64,000 bases of DNA from Octopus bimaculoides (lineage: Eukaryota), in contig NC_068983.1 in NCBI RefSeq assembly GCF_001194135.2, forward strand, positions 167,962,514-168,026,513. The letters run 5' to 3'. A program made the translations under genes and the position numbers. A model generated the notes under the pieces. That model was not told the DNA's origin and searched no databases. It saw only the letters and a list, made by a program, of their open reading frames with translations. Shown piece by piece: positions 1 through 14,079 of this stretch (its first letter is position 1; the number at the start of each line of letters is the position of its first letter).

Positions 1-705
1 ACCACCAACAATCTCAATAAGGCTATTTCCAGAGTTCTTCCTAATGTTAATAATCTGAAGATAATCTAGTTAGACACACTACTGTAATACAAATCATTTC
101 ATAACAGATGTTATTCCTTTTATGTATTTTAATAATTATTCACCACTGATTTCTTTTCCTTCAGCAAAAATACCATTTTGGCTTTGTTGGTATCCTATTG
201 ACATCACACCCACCATATTTCTAGTTACAAGATTACATCATATGTGAAAGATATTGCTCATATTAATTTAATCTTTTCATCACAATTTCCATTAAATTAA
301 CATTTGGAACCTTCTTTCATCGATTAGACCAGAATAGAGGCAGCATCCTGATTTTGCAAACTGGTGAGACCTGTCTTCTGTTTGCAGGGATAGAATTCCA
401 GGGTGTGGTCTTAGTGCAGGAGTCAAAAGGTTGACACAAGTAGGAGAGATGGGGGGGGGGGTACTGTCAAGTAGGCCTGGAATCAGTTGGTACACAACAA
501 GATACAGCATTCTTCAATTTCTACCACTGAATTCTTTCTCAGCATGAAGGAAACAGAATATTCTAATTATATCATTCTATCAAAGCCTAATACCCTAAGT
601 CTAGACTTCTATGCTCTCAAAGAATTACCTCTATCTCTTTTCAGCAGAAAGCATTTTAAGGCTATTTCTTTGCCAAAGCAAAGATAAATCTTCCAAATTC
701 CTTAA

Positions 706-912
706 CTCTTTGGCGTTTAAACGAGCCATAGCTGAATATTCTACCCAATTTATGTTCAAACTGACACCTCTCACACCTACCCTACAATGCCATTTTAAAG
801 ACAGACAATCACATCCTCCAAATCTCTAAGCTATGAAATACTGCATGCTTAATTTAAAACCATGTGAATCTATAAACATTACATTTGACAGAGTAATCTA
901 AATGCGAAAGGG
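706..912. mobile_element. piggyBac-like MITE (TTAA-flanked)
   Basis: TTAA|ctctttggcgttt ... aatgcgaaaggg|TTAA. Same family as 14933-15150. Confidence 0.7.
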
Positions 913-1059
913 TTAATAGATTTCCCCAGTTTGTTGTTCTTTATTACTCCTTATCACCAATCCCATTGCCTTAATTTCTTCTTCCACCACCTTTAATCAT
1001 GTCTTCTCAATCTTCCTCTGCTTCCTTCTACGTTCATATCCAAAAACTCCTTTCATCCA

Positions 1060-1620
1060 GTTACCTTCATCCTTCTTCAAGGATATGACCCAGTGATTTC
1101 ATCACATTTCTCTTCACATCATTGATCACTAGCTCGATTTCCACTAAATAAGCTTGGAAATTTGACAAAAGGTAAAGTTGAAAGCTTTGCTGTTAGAATA
1201 GTATGTGGAGGAAGATTCTTGTTCAGTCATCATGTATATTATCTGTATTAGGTCTGTGAGCAGTGTGCTGGTTGAATGCAGTGCTTTGAATTTGTGATAT
1301 GATTTGGAAAGAAGGGTAGATGGATTAATAATGTCAAGGATTAACCTTCCAAGAATTTTTGAGGATGTGTATAGGAGAATGATGAATATGAATAATATTA
1401 CTTCAGTTTAGGATTGTTATAATTTTGTCCAGTTCCCAGTGTATGGCAATTCAACAACAGTAGCATTGATATTAGTTGTAGATGTTGGTGATTGAAGTGT
1501 TCCCTCAGGCCTCAGGTGTTGGTGATTTTATTTTGCACCAAGCCCTTTGAATTTTTATATATCCCAGATGATTCTGAGATATTTCTAGGTTCCTATTTTT
1601 CATTTTGTTTCCTTCTTTTC
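1060..1620 (-). mobile_element. Old Jockey/I-like non-LTR reverse transcriptase fragment
   Basis: Minus-strand translation ILLYTSSKILGRLILDIINPSTLLSKSYHKFKALHSTSTLLTDLIQII...SKAFN resembles the RT motifs SKILERL / GF..HST..LL / SKAFD. Boundaries are approximate. Confidence 0.55.
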
Positions 1621-2622
1621 TTTGTACAGTTTCCAATAGTTGGATTTTAGAGAAATATTTCATAGAGCATTTGTTTGATGTTGCTGTACGAATATATTGA
1701 GATTGCTGTTATGTCATGAGGGTCAGGTGTGAGCATTGTTGCTGATGGGAGTGATGGTGGTGGTACTACTACTACTACTACTACTACTGTTAATTAGCCT
1801 ACGAAGTGTTGTACCCTATTTGTGCTAGATTTCTGGGTGGTTGGAGTGTGTGTGTGTCTATTTTTGTTATTTCTTCCTTTAGTTGGCTGATGCTAAATTA
1901 TATTTCAGTTGTGTGTTATTTTGATGCATAGAGTTTTGAGATCATCTCTGCTTATTTCTAGAACATGATTGTTTCCTCTTGTTTTAAATATTTTTACATT
2001 ATGGTTTTTGTCTTTTTGGATGTATCTGATTATTTTGCTGGCTACATGCATAGCACTATTTATGTCAGTAATTGCAGTGGTGTCAAATTCTGAGCAACTT
2101 GTTTTAGTGTTTTATTTTCTTCTGTAGTTCGTGAGGAAATAGTTACAGTTATATAACCAAATTGTCTGAGACGATAGAGAACAATGCTCAAACTGTTAAC
2201 TCCATCTTTTTCCTCTTTGGTTTGTTTGTTTGTTGGTTTTTTCACCAAATATTTACAACAGTTTTAGTCTGTCCATTGTCAGGGATTCATTTATCATGTA
2301 TCTGTATAACATTCAAAAGGCTGATCCCAGCCCTAAAACATGCACAAGCTAATATGGCACCAGAGGCTAAACAAAACACAACATTGTGGTTACAGGAAAA
2401 AAAAAATGCATCTCTATCTTTTACTGATTTCAGTCACTGGACTGTGGCCATATTGGGATATTGACTTAAAAGGTTTAGTCAAACAGATTGACCCCACTAC
2501 TAACATATTAAGTCTGGTACTCTGTTTCTTTTGCTGAACTGTTATGTTACAGGGACATAAACAAACCAACACTAGTCAAGCAATGGTAAGAGAGCAACAA
2601 CAACAACACACACACACACACA

Positions 2623-2664
<42 letters not shown>

Positions 2665-2802
2665 GGGCTTCCACAGTTTCTGCTAACCAAATTCACTCAC
2701 AAGGCATTGGTGCCATGCAGTGAGAATGAACCCAAAAGCATGTGGTTGCAAAGCAAACTTCTTAGCCACGCCTACAACTATCACCTATGTATGTAAGTGT
2801 AT

Positions 2803-2844
<42 letters not shown>

Positions 2845-2947
2845 CAAAAAAGATAAAGTTAACAACACAAAATAAAGTTTTCCATCAATATTAGAATTGC
2901 CTTGAAGATATTGAGAGCTGAAATTACATTAAATTCAAAATAGTGTC

Positions 2948-3412
2948 ACATCATCATCATCCTCAATTAACGTCCGCTTTCCACGCTGGCATGGGTTGGA
3001 CGGTTTGACTGAGGACTGGCAAGCCGGGAGGCTGCACCAGGCTCCAATTTGATCTGGCAAGNNNNNNNNNNTGCACCAGGCTCCAATTTGATCTGGCAAG
3101 GTTTCTACAGCTGGATGCCCTTCCTAACACCAACCACTCCTAGAGTGTAGTGGGTGCTCTTTACATACCATCGACACAGGGGCCAGTCAGGTGGCACTGG
3201 CACCAACCATGCTTGAATAGTGCTCTTTATGTGCTACCAGCATCGGAACCAGACAAGCAGCACCAGCATTGACCCTGCTTGAATGGTGCTTTTTATGTGC
3301 CACTGGCACAGGTGCCAGTCAGGCGACACTGACATCAGCCACAACCACAATTTCGCTTGACTCAACAGGCCTTCTCAAGAACAGCATATTGCCCGACAAT
3401 TGAAGGGTACTT
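2948..3412 (-). mobile_element. RTE LINE 3' UTR fragment ending in a (GAT)n tail
   Basis: (cat)n-aacgtccgctttcca... terminus and internal ~60-bp subrepeats shared with 6392-6960 and 58500-58870. Confidence 0.8.
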
Positions 3413-6012
3413 TTATTATAATGTCACATTTACTATAATGATGAATAAAATTATTTATAGAGAGAGAATAACATTATTCTCCTCTTGAATAGTTGTTTCA
3501 ATAGGAAAGTAAAGAGATAATTATTGGGAATGCTTATCTTTAATTGAGGCCATTATGAATCCATTTCCTATTGTTCTCACAATACTCTCAATTATAAAAC
3601 CATTAAAACAAACAATTGATATAAAAAATAAAAACTGGCACAGAAAGAATATTACACAGGGAATTTGAAGAGAGATGCTGAATACGATAACTAATCCATT
3701 TGATATTGCAGAGTTTGTTATGAAACGTGTTCTGCTCTCACAAGAAAGTTCCTTCTGGATGGAATAAACAAACACAAGAGGAAGAAATGAAAATAATCAA
3801 GATTCTTTGGAACAAATGCAACTACCTTATTAGGGTGGATCTTTTTTTTCTAAACAGTATTTTATATGTTAATTTGTTTTATATTTCAAGGAACCCTATG
3901 TCAAGACTTAAAGAAAGTGTACTCTTTGCTGCTTTTTAAAGAATTCCTCCAAAACTAAAGGTAATAAAAATCAAACCAGAAATTCTATCAAGACATCAAA
4001 TTCTGAGACGTATACCTCTCTTCCTTTATGAAAAGATATTTAAAAGACTAATTCATATTACTCTTTACCTCTTACATATCTACTGAATTCCACCTCACAC
4101 CTGTTTGTGTGTCTCTGTCACACTCCAACCTTTCATCATCTGACACAAGATCACCTCCTCCAATGATCCCCTCCCCTTACAAAGATTCTTTGCCATTGTT
4201 TGTGTCACATAAAAAGAATCCAGTCAACAAAGTGGTTGGCATTTGGGTGGGCATCCAGCTGTAAAAACCATGTTGTCCAAAACTGACCTCACCTGTGGTG
4301 GTGCCATGTAAAAAGCAATCAGTCCACTCTGCTGGGTGGTTGATGTTAGGAAGGGCGACCATAAAAACTGTGCCAAAACTAACACAAAAGTCTGGTGTAG
4401 TCTTTTGCCTGGCCAGCTCCTGTCAAACCATCCAACCCATGCCAGCATGGAAGGCAGCCGTTAAATGATGATGATGATATTTTCTGAATTCTAAGCTAAT
4501 CATTTTACTTCTCTACAAATGAATATTAGATGACTTTGACATGTGAACACACACACACACACACAAAATCAGACATTACTCCAATCACAAGTGACATGAG
4601 TAAAAGTATTATACTATTTCCTGCAAGCTGCTTACCAAATGAACATTTCTGAAATCCAGGAATCAATGCACTGACGAGTCAGCTGTTATGTAGAACTCCA
4701 AATAACTTCCCTTTCCAAACAGAATCCCACAACTACCTGTCTTGCTATTCAGCCTTCACACACACTACAGCACTCATATCACAATCACATTATAACACAA
4801 TAAATACATCTATACATTCACATACACTATAATCAAGTCTCCAACTAAACAGCTTAATCTTACCACTTTACTTCACACTAGAACACTAGATCTAAAATCA
4901 AATTCTTGGTATTACATAAGTAATATTTAGACACAAGCCACAGAGTAATCTTATCACATACATTAACAAAACACCTTCAAACATGCACTGAAATAATAAT
5001 TTAACCAAAATTATTATTTTTTTTTGAATATGGAATCAATTTAGAACAAAAAACTATGTCAATCATCACAAAGCCGTTTTACTTAGGTTTCTAATCTCCG
5101 TCACAACTGACAGATTTGTCAAAACAAAGCTCTTTATATCATAACCTCATGATTTTTAGACCCAGTATTACTGATGGTCACCTCTTACTACAAACCCCAA
5201 AACTTGATTTCAAAGACCGAGAGGTGACATTTCACATTCATACAACTTTATGATTAAGAATTAGGAGGAGATAAATATGGATTTGGTGGAGATGTAATTG
5301 TTCAGATGAATGCTTCTTATATTCTCCTGGTTGAAAAATGTAAGTGTATCATCATCAGCATTTAATGTCAACTTTTCCAGCCACACATGGGTTAGACAGA
5401 ACTGAAGTTCATTTTCTACAGCCAGATGCTCATCCTGTTGCCAACCTGTCTTCAAGCAAAGTAATGTTTCCTCATGGCCAAACAAGCTTTTCATGGAAGA
5501 CTGAAAATAAATGTTGCTTGTATAACAGTAATGCTCATTTACATCACATGATGTCAAGACAAGGGTGCATGCAAACACACAGAAAAATTTTAGCATCCAT
5601 TTACCAAATTCACTCACAAGGCTTTGGTCAGCTTGGAGTTAAGTAGAAGACGCTTAATCAAGTTGCTGCACAGTGGGACTGAACCTGAGATCACATCATT
5701 AGGGAGTAAGCTTCTTAATCACTATTTGAAGTTCTACACATTCCTAAGAACTGTACTACTGATGGCAAAGTATCATTAACCCTAAACCCCATACTGGGAT
5801 ACAAACCATCAATGATAACTACAGAGAAATGACAGCAACTGTACTGATATGATCCAGTCCATTTCTGCCCACCTTCACTGTAGCTGTTACCACCAGAATC
5901 CACAGACATACATAAACAGAATGAACTCTATAAAACATGTCGAGACTGCAAAGTCTACACCATGTATAACTAACAAATGAATATTGCAGTGTGCAGTATG
6001 GTCAATAGCTAG

Positions 6013-6085
<73 letters not shown>

Positions 6086-6391
6086 CAACAACAGATTTAT
6101 GGGTCTCACCTAGCCTACCTGTCAATTACAGGTGTGTATGATGGTTCTCAATCAGGGGGTGAACTGCAGGTATACAACAAATTAGGATATTGTAAACATT
6201 TCCAATAAGTAGCTGACAGAGTTTACAATGTATTTCATCATAAGTAGTTTCTCAACTGATTTTGATTTCTTTACATCACCTTTGTTAACTTATAAACATA
6301 CATAGAAAAACAGTTCAACAACCAGCTGTATATAACATTACCTAAAACTGGTACACTGCACCAACTAAACACACTCACTCTCATACATATA

Positions 6392-7372
6392 TCATCATGA
6401 TCATCATCATTCAACGTCCGCTTTCTATGCTAGTATGGGTTGGACGGTTTGACTGAGGACTGGTGAACCAGATGGCTACACCAGACTCCAATCTGATCTG
6501 GCAGAGTTTCTATAACTGGATGCCCTTCTTAACGCCAACCACTCTGTGAGTGTAGTGGGTGCTTTTTACATGCCACCGGCACGAGGGCCAGTCCGGCAGT
6601 ACTGGTAATGGCCACGCTCAAATGGTGCTTTTTACGTGCCACTGGCACGGGAGCAAGACCACTGCTCTGGCAGTGATCCCGCTTGGATGGTGCTGTTAGC
6701 GCTCCACTGGCACGGGTGTCAGTCATTGAATTTGGTTCAGTTTTGATTGATCTCACTTGCCCCAACAGGTCTTCGCAAGCTGAGTTTAGTGTCCAATGAA
6801 GGAAGGTTGGCATGGGTGCCAGTCATCGAATTTGGTTCAATTTCAATTTCGATTTCACTTACCTCAACAGGTCTTCGCAAGCGGAGTTTAGCGTCCAATG
6901 AAGGAATGTTACGTGTAAGTGGGCTGGCTACATCCCTGGCAGAGGCCTTGGATTTTGGTCTCACTTGTCTTGCTGGGTCTTCTCATGCACAGCATATTTC
7001 CAAAGGTCTCGGTCACTAGTCATTGCCTCGGTGAGGCCTAATGTTCGAAGGTCGTGCTTCACCACCTCATCCCAGGTCTTCCTGGGTCTACCTCTTCCAC
7101 AGGTTCCCTCAACCGTGAGGCTATGGCACTTTTTGACACAGCTATCCTCATCCATTCTCGCCAAATGACCATACCAGTGCAATCGTCTCTCTTGCACACC
7201 ACATCTGATGCTTCTTAGGTCCAACTTTTATCTCAAGGTACTACACTCTGTCGAGTATGCACACTAACATTACAAATCCATTGGAGCATACTGGCTTCAT
7301 TCCTTGCAAGCTTATGCATGTCCTCAGCAGTCACGACCCAGGTTTCACTGCCATGTAACATGGCTGTTCATA
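6392..7372 (-). mobile_element. 5'-truncated RTE-clade LINE (ORF C-terminus plus 3' UTR)
   Basis: RRLHWYGHLARMDEDSCVKKCHSLTVEGTCGRGRPRKTWDEVVKHDLRTLGL is a typical RTE C-terminus. Followed by UTR and (GAT)n tail. Confidence 0.9.
6714..6905. repeat. About 100-bp tandem duplication inside the RTE 3' UTR
   Basis: gggtgtcagtcattgaatttggttca...tccaatgaaggaa begins at 6714 and recurs at 6814. Confidence 0.8.
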
Positions 7373-7706
7373 TATAAGTGTACAGTAAAACCCCTGATGG
7401 TAGAGCCTGAAAAGTGTAAAGTTTCAACGGTAAACTGGGTGGAGTTAATGGTAAGGTGAATAAGGAGAGTTACCGAAGATCTGATAAGGCAGGGAGAGAT
7501 GTCCAAGAGAGGCAGGATCAAACTGGGGTGACCATGTGAGTGTATGTTACATATGGTTCAAACGTACAGAAAACACAAGACAAAGAGAAGAGAGAGAACA
7601 ACAAGCAGGTGTATTAGTTTGATGCTCAAAAAGAATGGAAAAGTCTTTGACATTATGAGCCTACCTTCCTTGACAGAAAGGGATGAGAGGGGGAAGAGAG
7701 AGAGGG

Positions 7707-7761
<55 letters not shown>

Positions 7762-8582
7762 GTGTTGGGATTAATGGAACCATTAATCGCAACACTTTAC
7801 AGAAACTGTTGAATTTATGGAGAAAATCTATACTTAAAAATACAATGTCCTCAAAGAGTTTATCTTTCCTGAAACAGTCTTGTGAATAGTTGGCATTTGT
7901 CTGTACTACCTTCTCAGTCTTAACAGCTATAAGTAATATAGTTGTGAGTGCAGTGAAAAAGGGGCTGTTTACAATCTGTAACTCTAAACTCTCAAAATAT
8001 TGTGTACTGTAGTAAAAACAACTGAAGATGCTATGCATTGTAATGCACAACACATGATGAAAGTGTTGAAATATCTACCCTTACCACACACCCAATAAAT
8101 TTAGGCCTCCATCATAAAAATGCATGTAAATGTGCATAAACCACAAATCAGGGATTCATCTTTTATGAATGTCCCATGCAGTGAACATCTAGATAACTGT
8201 GCAAATGAAAAATTTACAAAATAAATGATGAAAATGTACAACTTTGAAAGAGAAAAGAAGAATACTTTATAAGAATTTTAAATCTGAAATGAAACCAAAA
8301 ATAGCCAACACCCCATATAATAAACACTGGTAAAAAAATATTTATGACCAAAACCAGAAAATAGTACTATCACTACCACAAAAATAACAACTTCCTCTTT
8401 AAGAGCACGTGTGTTTGAAAAGGTTTATCAAAAACATTCACACACTAGAAAAAAAAACTTCTTCCCAAAAAAGGTTAGTAACATCCTCATAAAAGATTTC
8501 ATAATATTTTTTTTTAATAATTTTTATTAAAAAATCATCTTCACACTTCAAAAAGTGTATTCAGTTATCCTCATAGACTTTC

Positions 8583-8630
<48 letters not shown>

Positions 8631-9627
8631 AAATATCAAACACATATACACAAGGAACGTGTTTTGCTAGTTCATGGGTGGGCTGCACTTGCAGGCATAA
8701 GAGATAATATTCTCTTGAATGCATCTGGCATTTAAAATACCTGAGAAGTCATAGACAAGTGAGATAACTCACATCAGATCCCATGCAGGAGTCATAGGCA
8801 TCAACGTGTCATCATTTTGGGGACTTGTCAATAGTGTGTACCCAATGCACATACAAACAATGTGCTTCTTTCAATTTCTACCAAATCCATTTACAAGGTT
8901 TTGGTCAGCCCAGGGCTACAGTAGAAGACACTTGTTCAAGGTGCCATGCAATGGGACTGAACCCAAGACTACATAGTTGGGAAGTAAGCTTCTTAACCAC
9001 ACAGCCATGCTTGCACCTTCTATCTTTATAAACTTCAAAAATATTTTCAACAAAGACTACATTGAACTTCTGTTGATAAATGTATTAGATAAATGTGCAT
9101 GTGAGGAACGATACATGTAACCAGCTAGCCCCGTGCCATCAAAAAGGACAGCTAATTGTGGTATTTTATATATATATATGGATGGCCAATCAAATTAATA
9201 CCCTTGTCAATGTTCATATACATTCACATACATTCCCTTGTACACACACACACACAGAGTTGAAACACTGACTTTTCTTTTCACAGTTGAATGTTCACCA
9301 TCCCCACCAGTTTGCCATCACCCCTTCCTTTCTCATTCATAAGCTGAGACGGAGAATAATACAAGAGTGTTATTATAATAGATATCACATAATACACACA
9401 CACACACACACACACACACAGATTTAAAGCGGAAGGAGAAATAGGTAGTAGTGATTTGAAGATAAACTTTCAGTGCAAGTTTGTTTTTTGTTCAACTCCT
9501 ACATAAATCTCTGAGAGATCTAAAAATGTATTATTTCTATTTTTGAAATCAGTGAATGTGTTTTACTAGAATTATTATATGTTTACGAGAGCCTGACAAG
9601 CATCTCCAACTAGCAGGCCATTGCTAC

Positions 9628-9670
9628 TCCAGACTGATGACGAGCAAAGACTCAGAAACATGTCTCTGGA
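9628..9670 (+). ncRNA. Type I hammerhead ribozyme motif with palindromic stem III and imperfect stem II
   Basis: TCCAGA-CTGATGA-cGAGcaaagaCTCa-GAAA-CATG-TC/TCTGGA. Stem I is a perfect 6 bp, ACATGT is palindromic, and a GUC cleavage triplet ends at 9664. Confidence 0.7.
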
Positions 9671-10145
9671 TGCAGGCTAAGTTAATTGGAAGTGCTTGTC
9701 TCCCCCTCGTAAACATAAGGACACAGGAAATGTGTCGAGGCAGACAGGAAGTGGTGCTGCTTCCTAGGGCTAAATAGCAGTAGTATTATTCTCTTCATGG
9801 GACTCTCAACATTAAGTTGACAACATACAACTACTTTATTGCATCACCACTGCATAAACCTCTCTGAGAGATTTAGAAACGTATTATTTCTATTACTGAA
9901 CATAATTGTAGCTAAAATTGGATTTATCTAATAATTTCAAGAACGTATTCAGTTTACTTTGGGAAAAATCTATTCAGATTATAAAAACTACGTTTTGAAT
10001 AGATTTAAACAAATATAAATATATAGACTCACTAATAATTTCTTTTCATTGAACAAGATGTAAAAATAATCCAATAACTTCCTGATGTTTTCAATAGGTT
10101 CCCTCCCCAACCATAACCTTTTTATTTATATGGATGGATGGATGG

Positions 10146-10179
<34 letters not shown>

Positions 10180-10770
10180 CCCTGTAAATCTTAATAGAGT
10201 CATTCTTATACATACATAAATATACCAATTAACTACATTTTACAAGTCGGAAAATGGATGAAAATTGCACGATATGTGAAATACAGATGAACCAACATGA
10301 AATAACTTATTCTATTGGATGATTAAGTCAGTACAAAAATAATTGCCTTATTGTTACTTCACAGACATAATCCAAAAACAAAATCAATTAATGGACTTAT
10401 AAAAATATAATTAGTAAATGTAATCAAAAGATAAGATATAGCAGTAACTACAGAGCAAGGCAAAATTTAAGATTATCAGCTTCAAAAAGAGAGACAAACA
10501 GCCATACTCTTTCACATAATATACAAGTACAAAATGGATTCTGTCTTTTTCTCTTCCAGTTTCAACCTACCTCACTCATAATTAGGCAAACTAACATTGA
10601 TGGTTTCAAAATCCCAACAAACACTAATTTTCTCACAGATTTTCAACTTGTTTATAAATCTCTGAACTTTTAAAATATGCTAATCACTGTTGTATTTTGT
10701 CTTTGAAGAACATCTTTTCCTTTCAAACAATTTTTATTCACAACACACTCAATTAATTGAGATAAGTGGC

Positions 10771-10823
10771 CTTTGAGACGCTGTGGTGCTTCGACTTGGT
10801 TGTGAATCTTCAGTCAAATCTAC
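10771..10823 (-). ncRNA. Degenerate hammerhead copy related to the 47972 motif (core GAAA changed to GAAG)
   Basis: Minus strand gtagATTTGA-CTGAAGA-ttcacaaccaagtc-GAAG-caccacagcGTC/TCAAAg. It shares the stem I tttga/tcaaa and the upstream gtag context with 47972. Confidence 0.45.
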
Positions 10824-11676
10824 ATATGGATCAATGAATCTAAACAAGAACTGCAGTTCTTGTTTGTTGTATTCAAATGCCTTTCCTAACACCAACCACT
10901 TCACAGAGCATACTAGGTGTGCTTTTTTATGCTACCAGAACGGGTGAGGTCAGCAAGTGGCTCACAAGACGAAACTCTTCAACTGTGAGGTTACTTTATG
11001 ATCAGAAGTTAAAGCATTATAGAACAGGAAAGAGAGAAAGTATGGTGGAAATGAGGCATCAGGGAATACACTGAAGGCATAAGAAAGCAGTGAAAAAAGC
11101 AAGAATAGGAACAGGGAATTAGGAAAGATAGATGGGTAGGTTTGCAAAAGTGTGAAGACAGAAATGGTAGATGGTTAGAGATGGGGATAGAGGTGAATGC
11201 AATGAATGGAAAAAATGGGAGTGGATGCGTGGGTAATGGTGAGTTTCCGTTTGGCAGGTAAGGTGAAGGAAAATAAGAGTTGATTGGAGAGGAGGCCAAT
11301 AAATAGAAACAATAACCCCACCCCCACCCCCGTACATAGATGAAAAATAAGGAAATGATGTGGGAAGAGTAGGGAAGTGAGAGGGATGCAGAGTGACAGA
11401 AACAGGTGAATATAGCGAGTGACAAAGATGGAGATGAGTGAAGAATGGCAGATATGAGAGGGTGTTCAAGGGAAGATGGCATCTCGTGGAAAATAGAAGA
11501 GGAAGGAATGAACTGAGAATGTGCGACCGATGATGAAGAGAGAGAACTGGTAGGACAGAAGAGGGATGGATGCAGGCGGTTCTGCTTTCATAATTAAAGC
11601 AGTTAAGTTCCAAAGAACAGTGGCGGAATGATGAGTATTAAGAAGATGAGGTTTGAACTGGGGCAGATTAGGCATG

Positions 11677-11761
11677 AAAGGTGGATATAGTGAGTGAGAA
11701 AGGTGGATATAGTGAGTGAGAAAGGTGGATATAGTGAGTGAGAAAGGTGGATATGAGTGAG
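11677..11761. repeat. 22-bp minisatellite (aaaggtggatatagtgagtgag) x3.9
   Basis: Three exact units plus one with a short deletion, within a purine-rich tract at about 11000-11800. Confidence 0.9.
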
Positions 11762-12827
11762 CAAAGGCAGAAATGAAAGGTGTGGTTTTAGGACCTCAGT
11801 TTTACTGAAATGAAAGCATCTTCTCAATCATAGCAAGTTACAAATCATCTTCATCTTCTCTCCCATCTTGCTTAATCCCCAAATACATTTTTTTTTTCAT
11901 GTTTATTCAAGTGATAGTGTCATGATTTACAAGTTGTAACTATTCTATTGACTCCACAACTCTGTTTCATTTATGTTAATGCAATCTATTTTATATCAAA
12001 GTGAAACTCTGTGAAAACACTTGATTGCATCCATCCAACCCAAGCCAGCATGGAAAGCAGACGTTAAACGATGATGATGATAAGGAAATGAACAGACTAA
12101 AATTAAGAAGCAACTAACTAGATCAATATTTGAGCAAAGTAGGTAAGGAGTTTGTTCCATAGAAATAACAGTCCAAGAAGAAGGAGTGAGGAGGAAGAGA
12201 ATTAAGTTACAATAACCATGGAGAGTCTTTGCCAAAAAAGTAAAAGAGAAAATGGCTATATTCTTCTTTATTAAAGGGTACACAGTCTGTTGTAAGCCAT
12301 TTAGTAATCACTCTTTCGTATAGGATTCCCTGCTGTTTAACCTCTTAATCCCTACCTTATATGACTTACCTCATAGACTTAAATCTAATTGCAACAGTTG
12401 TTGATGTCTAGCCCACACACACCACACACATTTATGTCTGTATATATATATATATATATATATTATCATTTTATATCTACTTTCCATGCTGGCATGGCTT
12501 GGGCAGTTCAACAGGATCTGACACATCAGATGATAGTGTCCTGCTCCAATGTCTCAGTTTTGGCATTGTTTCTACAGCTGGATGCCATTCCTTCTGCCAA
12601 CCATTTTACAGTGTGTACTTGGTGCCATTTCCATACCACCAGTACTAGTGAAGTCATCATGTGGCTTGCAAGACTACAAAGTTCAAGGGAAGTAGGGCTT
12701 TATGCTAAGAAATGAGGAGTTAAAGCATGAGACATGTCATAACAGAACCTGTTTCTTGCAGTAGAGGAACTTCAAGACTATTAACATTTTAGAAGAGAGG
12801 TTAGATGTAATCAATTGGAGCTGGAAA

Positions 12828-12869
<42 letters not shown>

Positions 12870-13466
12870 ATTATATATATATATATATATATAGTAATAA
12901 TATATATATATAGTAATAATAATAATAATCCAAAGATGGAATTTATAAATATTTTAATGTTAAAATATTCATAAATTCCATCCATGGACTATTATTATTA
13001 CTACTACTACTACATTTATCCTATGTTATATCAGCACAGCTTGGTGCAAACCCATAAAATTACTGTTGAATGTTGGATTCAGAAATATAAGCCTTTAAAA
13101 CCTTTCAAATGTGTCATGGGTTAAAACAAAATTAAAATTCTCATTTCCAATCATCATCATCATCATCGTTTAACGTCCGCTTTCCATGCTAGCATGGGTT
13201 GGACGATTTGACTGAGGACTGGCAAGCCAGAAGGCTGCACCAGGTTCCAGGCAAAAGTTAATCACTGAGATGGTCGTGGAGGGGTGGCAGTGATGGTAAT
13301 TTCACCTACTTCTTTAATATTCTCTCCCATCTACTCCATCACTCTCTCTCTCTCTCCATACCTCTCACAACTATAAATCTGTTCATCTCCTTTTAGTTCA
13401 CCTTTTTAGGCATTTTCTTTCTGTCTCTCATTTATTCTCCTTTAATTACAGGGAAAATAAAAATTT

Positions 13467-13692
13467 ACATGAAAACAGGTTAAGTCATAAAGCAACCTCT
13501 CTAGTGCTGGTACCCTGAAAAAAAGTAGGCAATACACCCCTGTAAAGCAACTGGTATTAAGAAGGGCATCAAGTGAAAGAAAGCAAGTTCAAGCAGACAT
13601 TGGAGCATGATGCAGTCCCCTGACTTGTTGGATCCTGTTGAATTATTCAGCCTATGCCTGCGTAGAAGGTGAAAGTTAAATGATGACAAGGA
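13467..13692 (+). repeat. Left arm of a 226-bp inverted repeat flanking the DENND5 exon (RTE-tail-like sequence)
   Basis: Manual alignment to the reverse complement of 14552-14777 gives 9 substitutions and no indels. Confidence 0.95.
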
Positions 13693-14079
13693 ATAAATGC
13701 ACTAAATCATTTATTCCCTAGGGCTTTGATGCATTTATGAATAGAACTATTTCACCATCATTTGGTTATTTTTATATATTCTTAGTATAATAGGTACATA
13801 CCTTTTTTTTTTTCCTTTTTTTATAAGCAATGTACAACAAAATTAATTCTTTTGGGAAATAACTTCCAGAAAACATATCCCTCAAATATCAGTCTATAGG
13901 AATACAATTACATTCAATAAATCTATTAGTATTTAAAGTTTCTAGCATGAGATGACCAAACTTCAGCAAAATTGTTAATCACAAGTGGTTTTAATTATAT
14001 TTGTTAACAAAAATTAATACTATTTTCAATATTGAAATACATCAGAAAAACACATTTGTAATGAAGTTTATTAACTTAC

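Noticed and set aside
3037-3100. Exact direct repeat on either side of a 10-N gap
   Set aside because: Typical contig-overlap artefact. It is also why the 27748/27996 duplication is treated cautiously.
3521-3775. Hydrophobic 84-aa minus-strand ORF vaguely like a TMEM17-type membrane protein
   Set aside because: Similarity too weak, no compatible splice sites, and AT-rich antisense frames are commonly hydrophobic.
7661-8053. 130-aa minus-strand ORF
   Set aside because: Ends in a (GA)n microsatellite, has no recognisable homology, and the possible exon inside has a stop in the DENND5 phase.
11009-11613. 157-164 aa minus-strand ORFs rich in S/L/H/P/F
   Set aside because: Low-complexity translation of a purine-rich tract, probably a decayed LINE 3' region; not coding.
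12370-12384. 15-nt segment with perfect GAG|gtaagt donor on the minus strand
   Set aside because: Poor pyrimidine tract and an immediate stop in the DENND5 frame.
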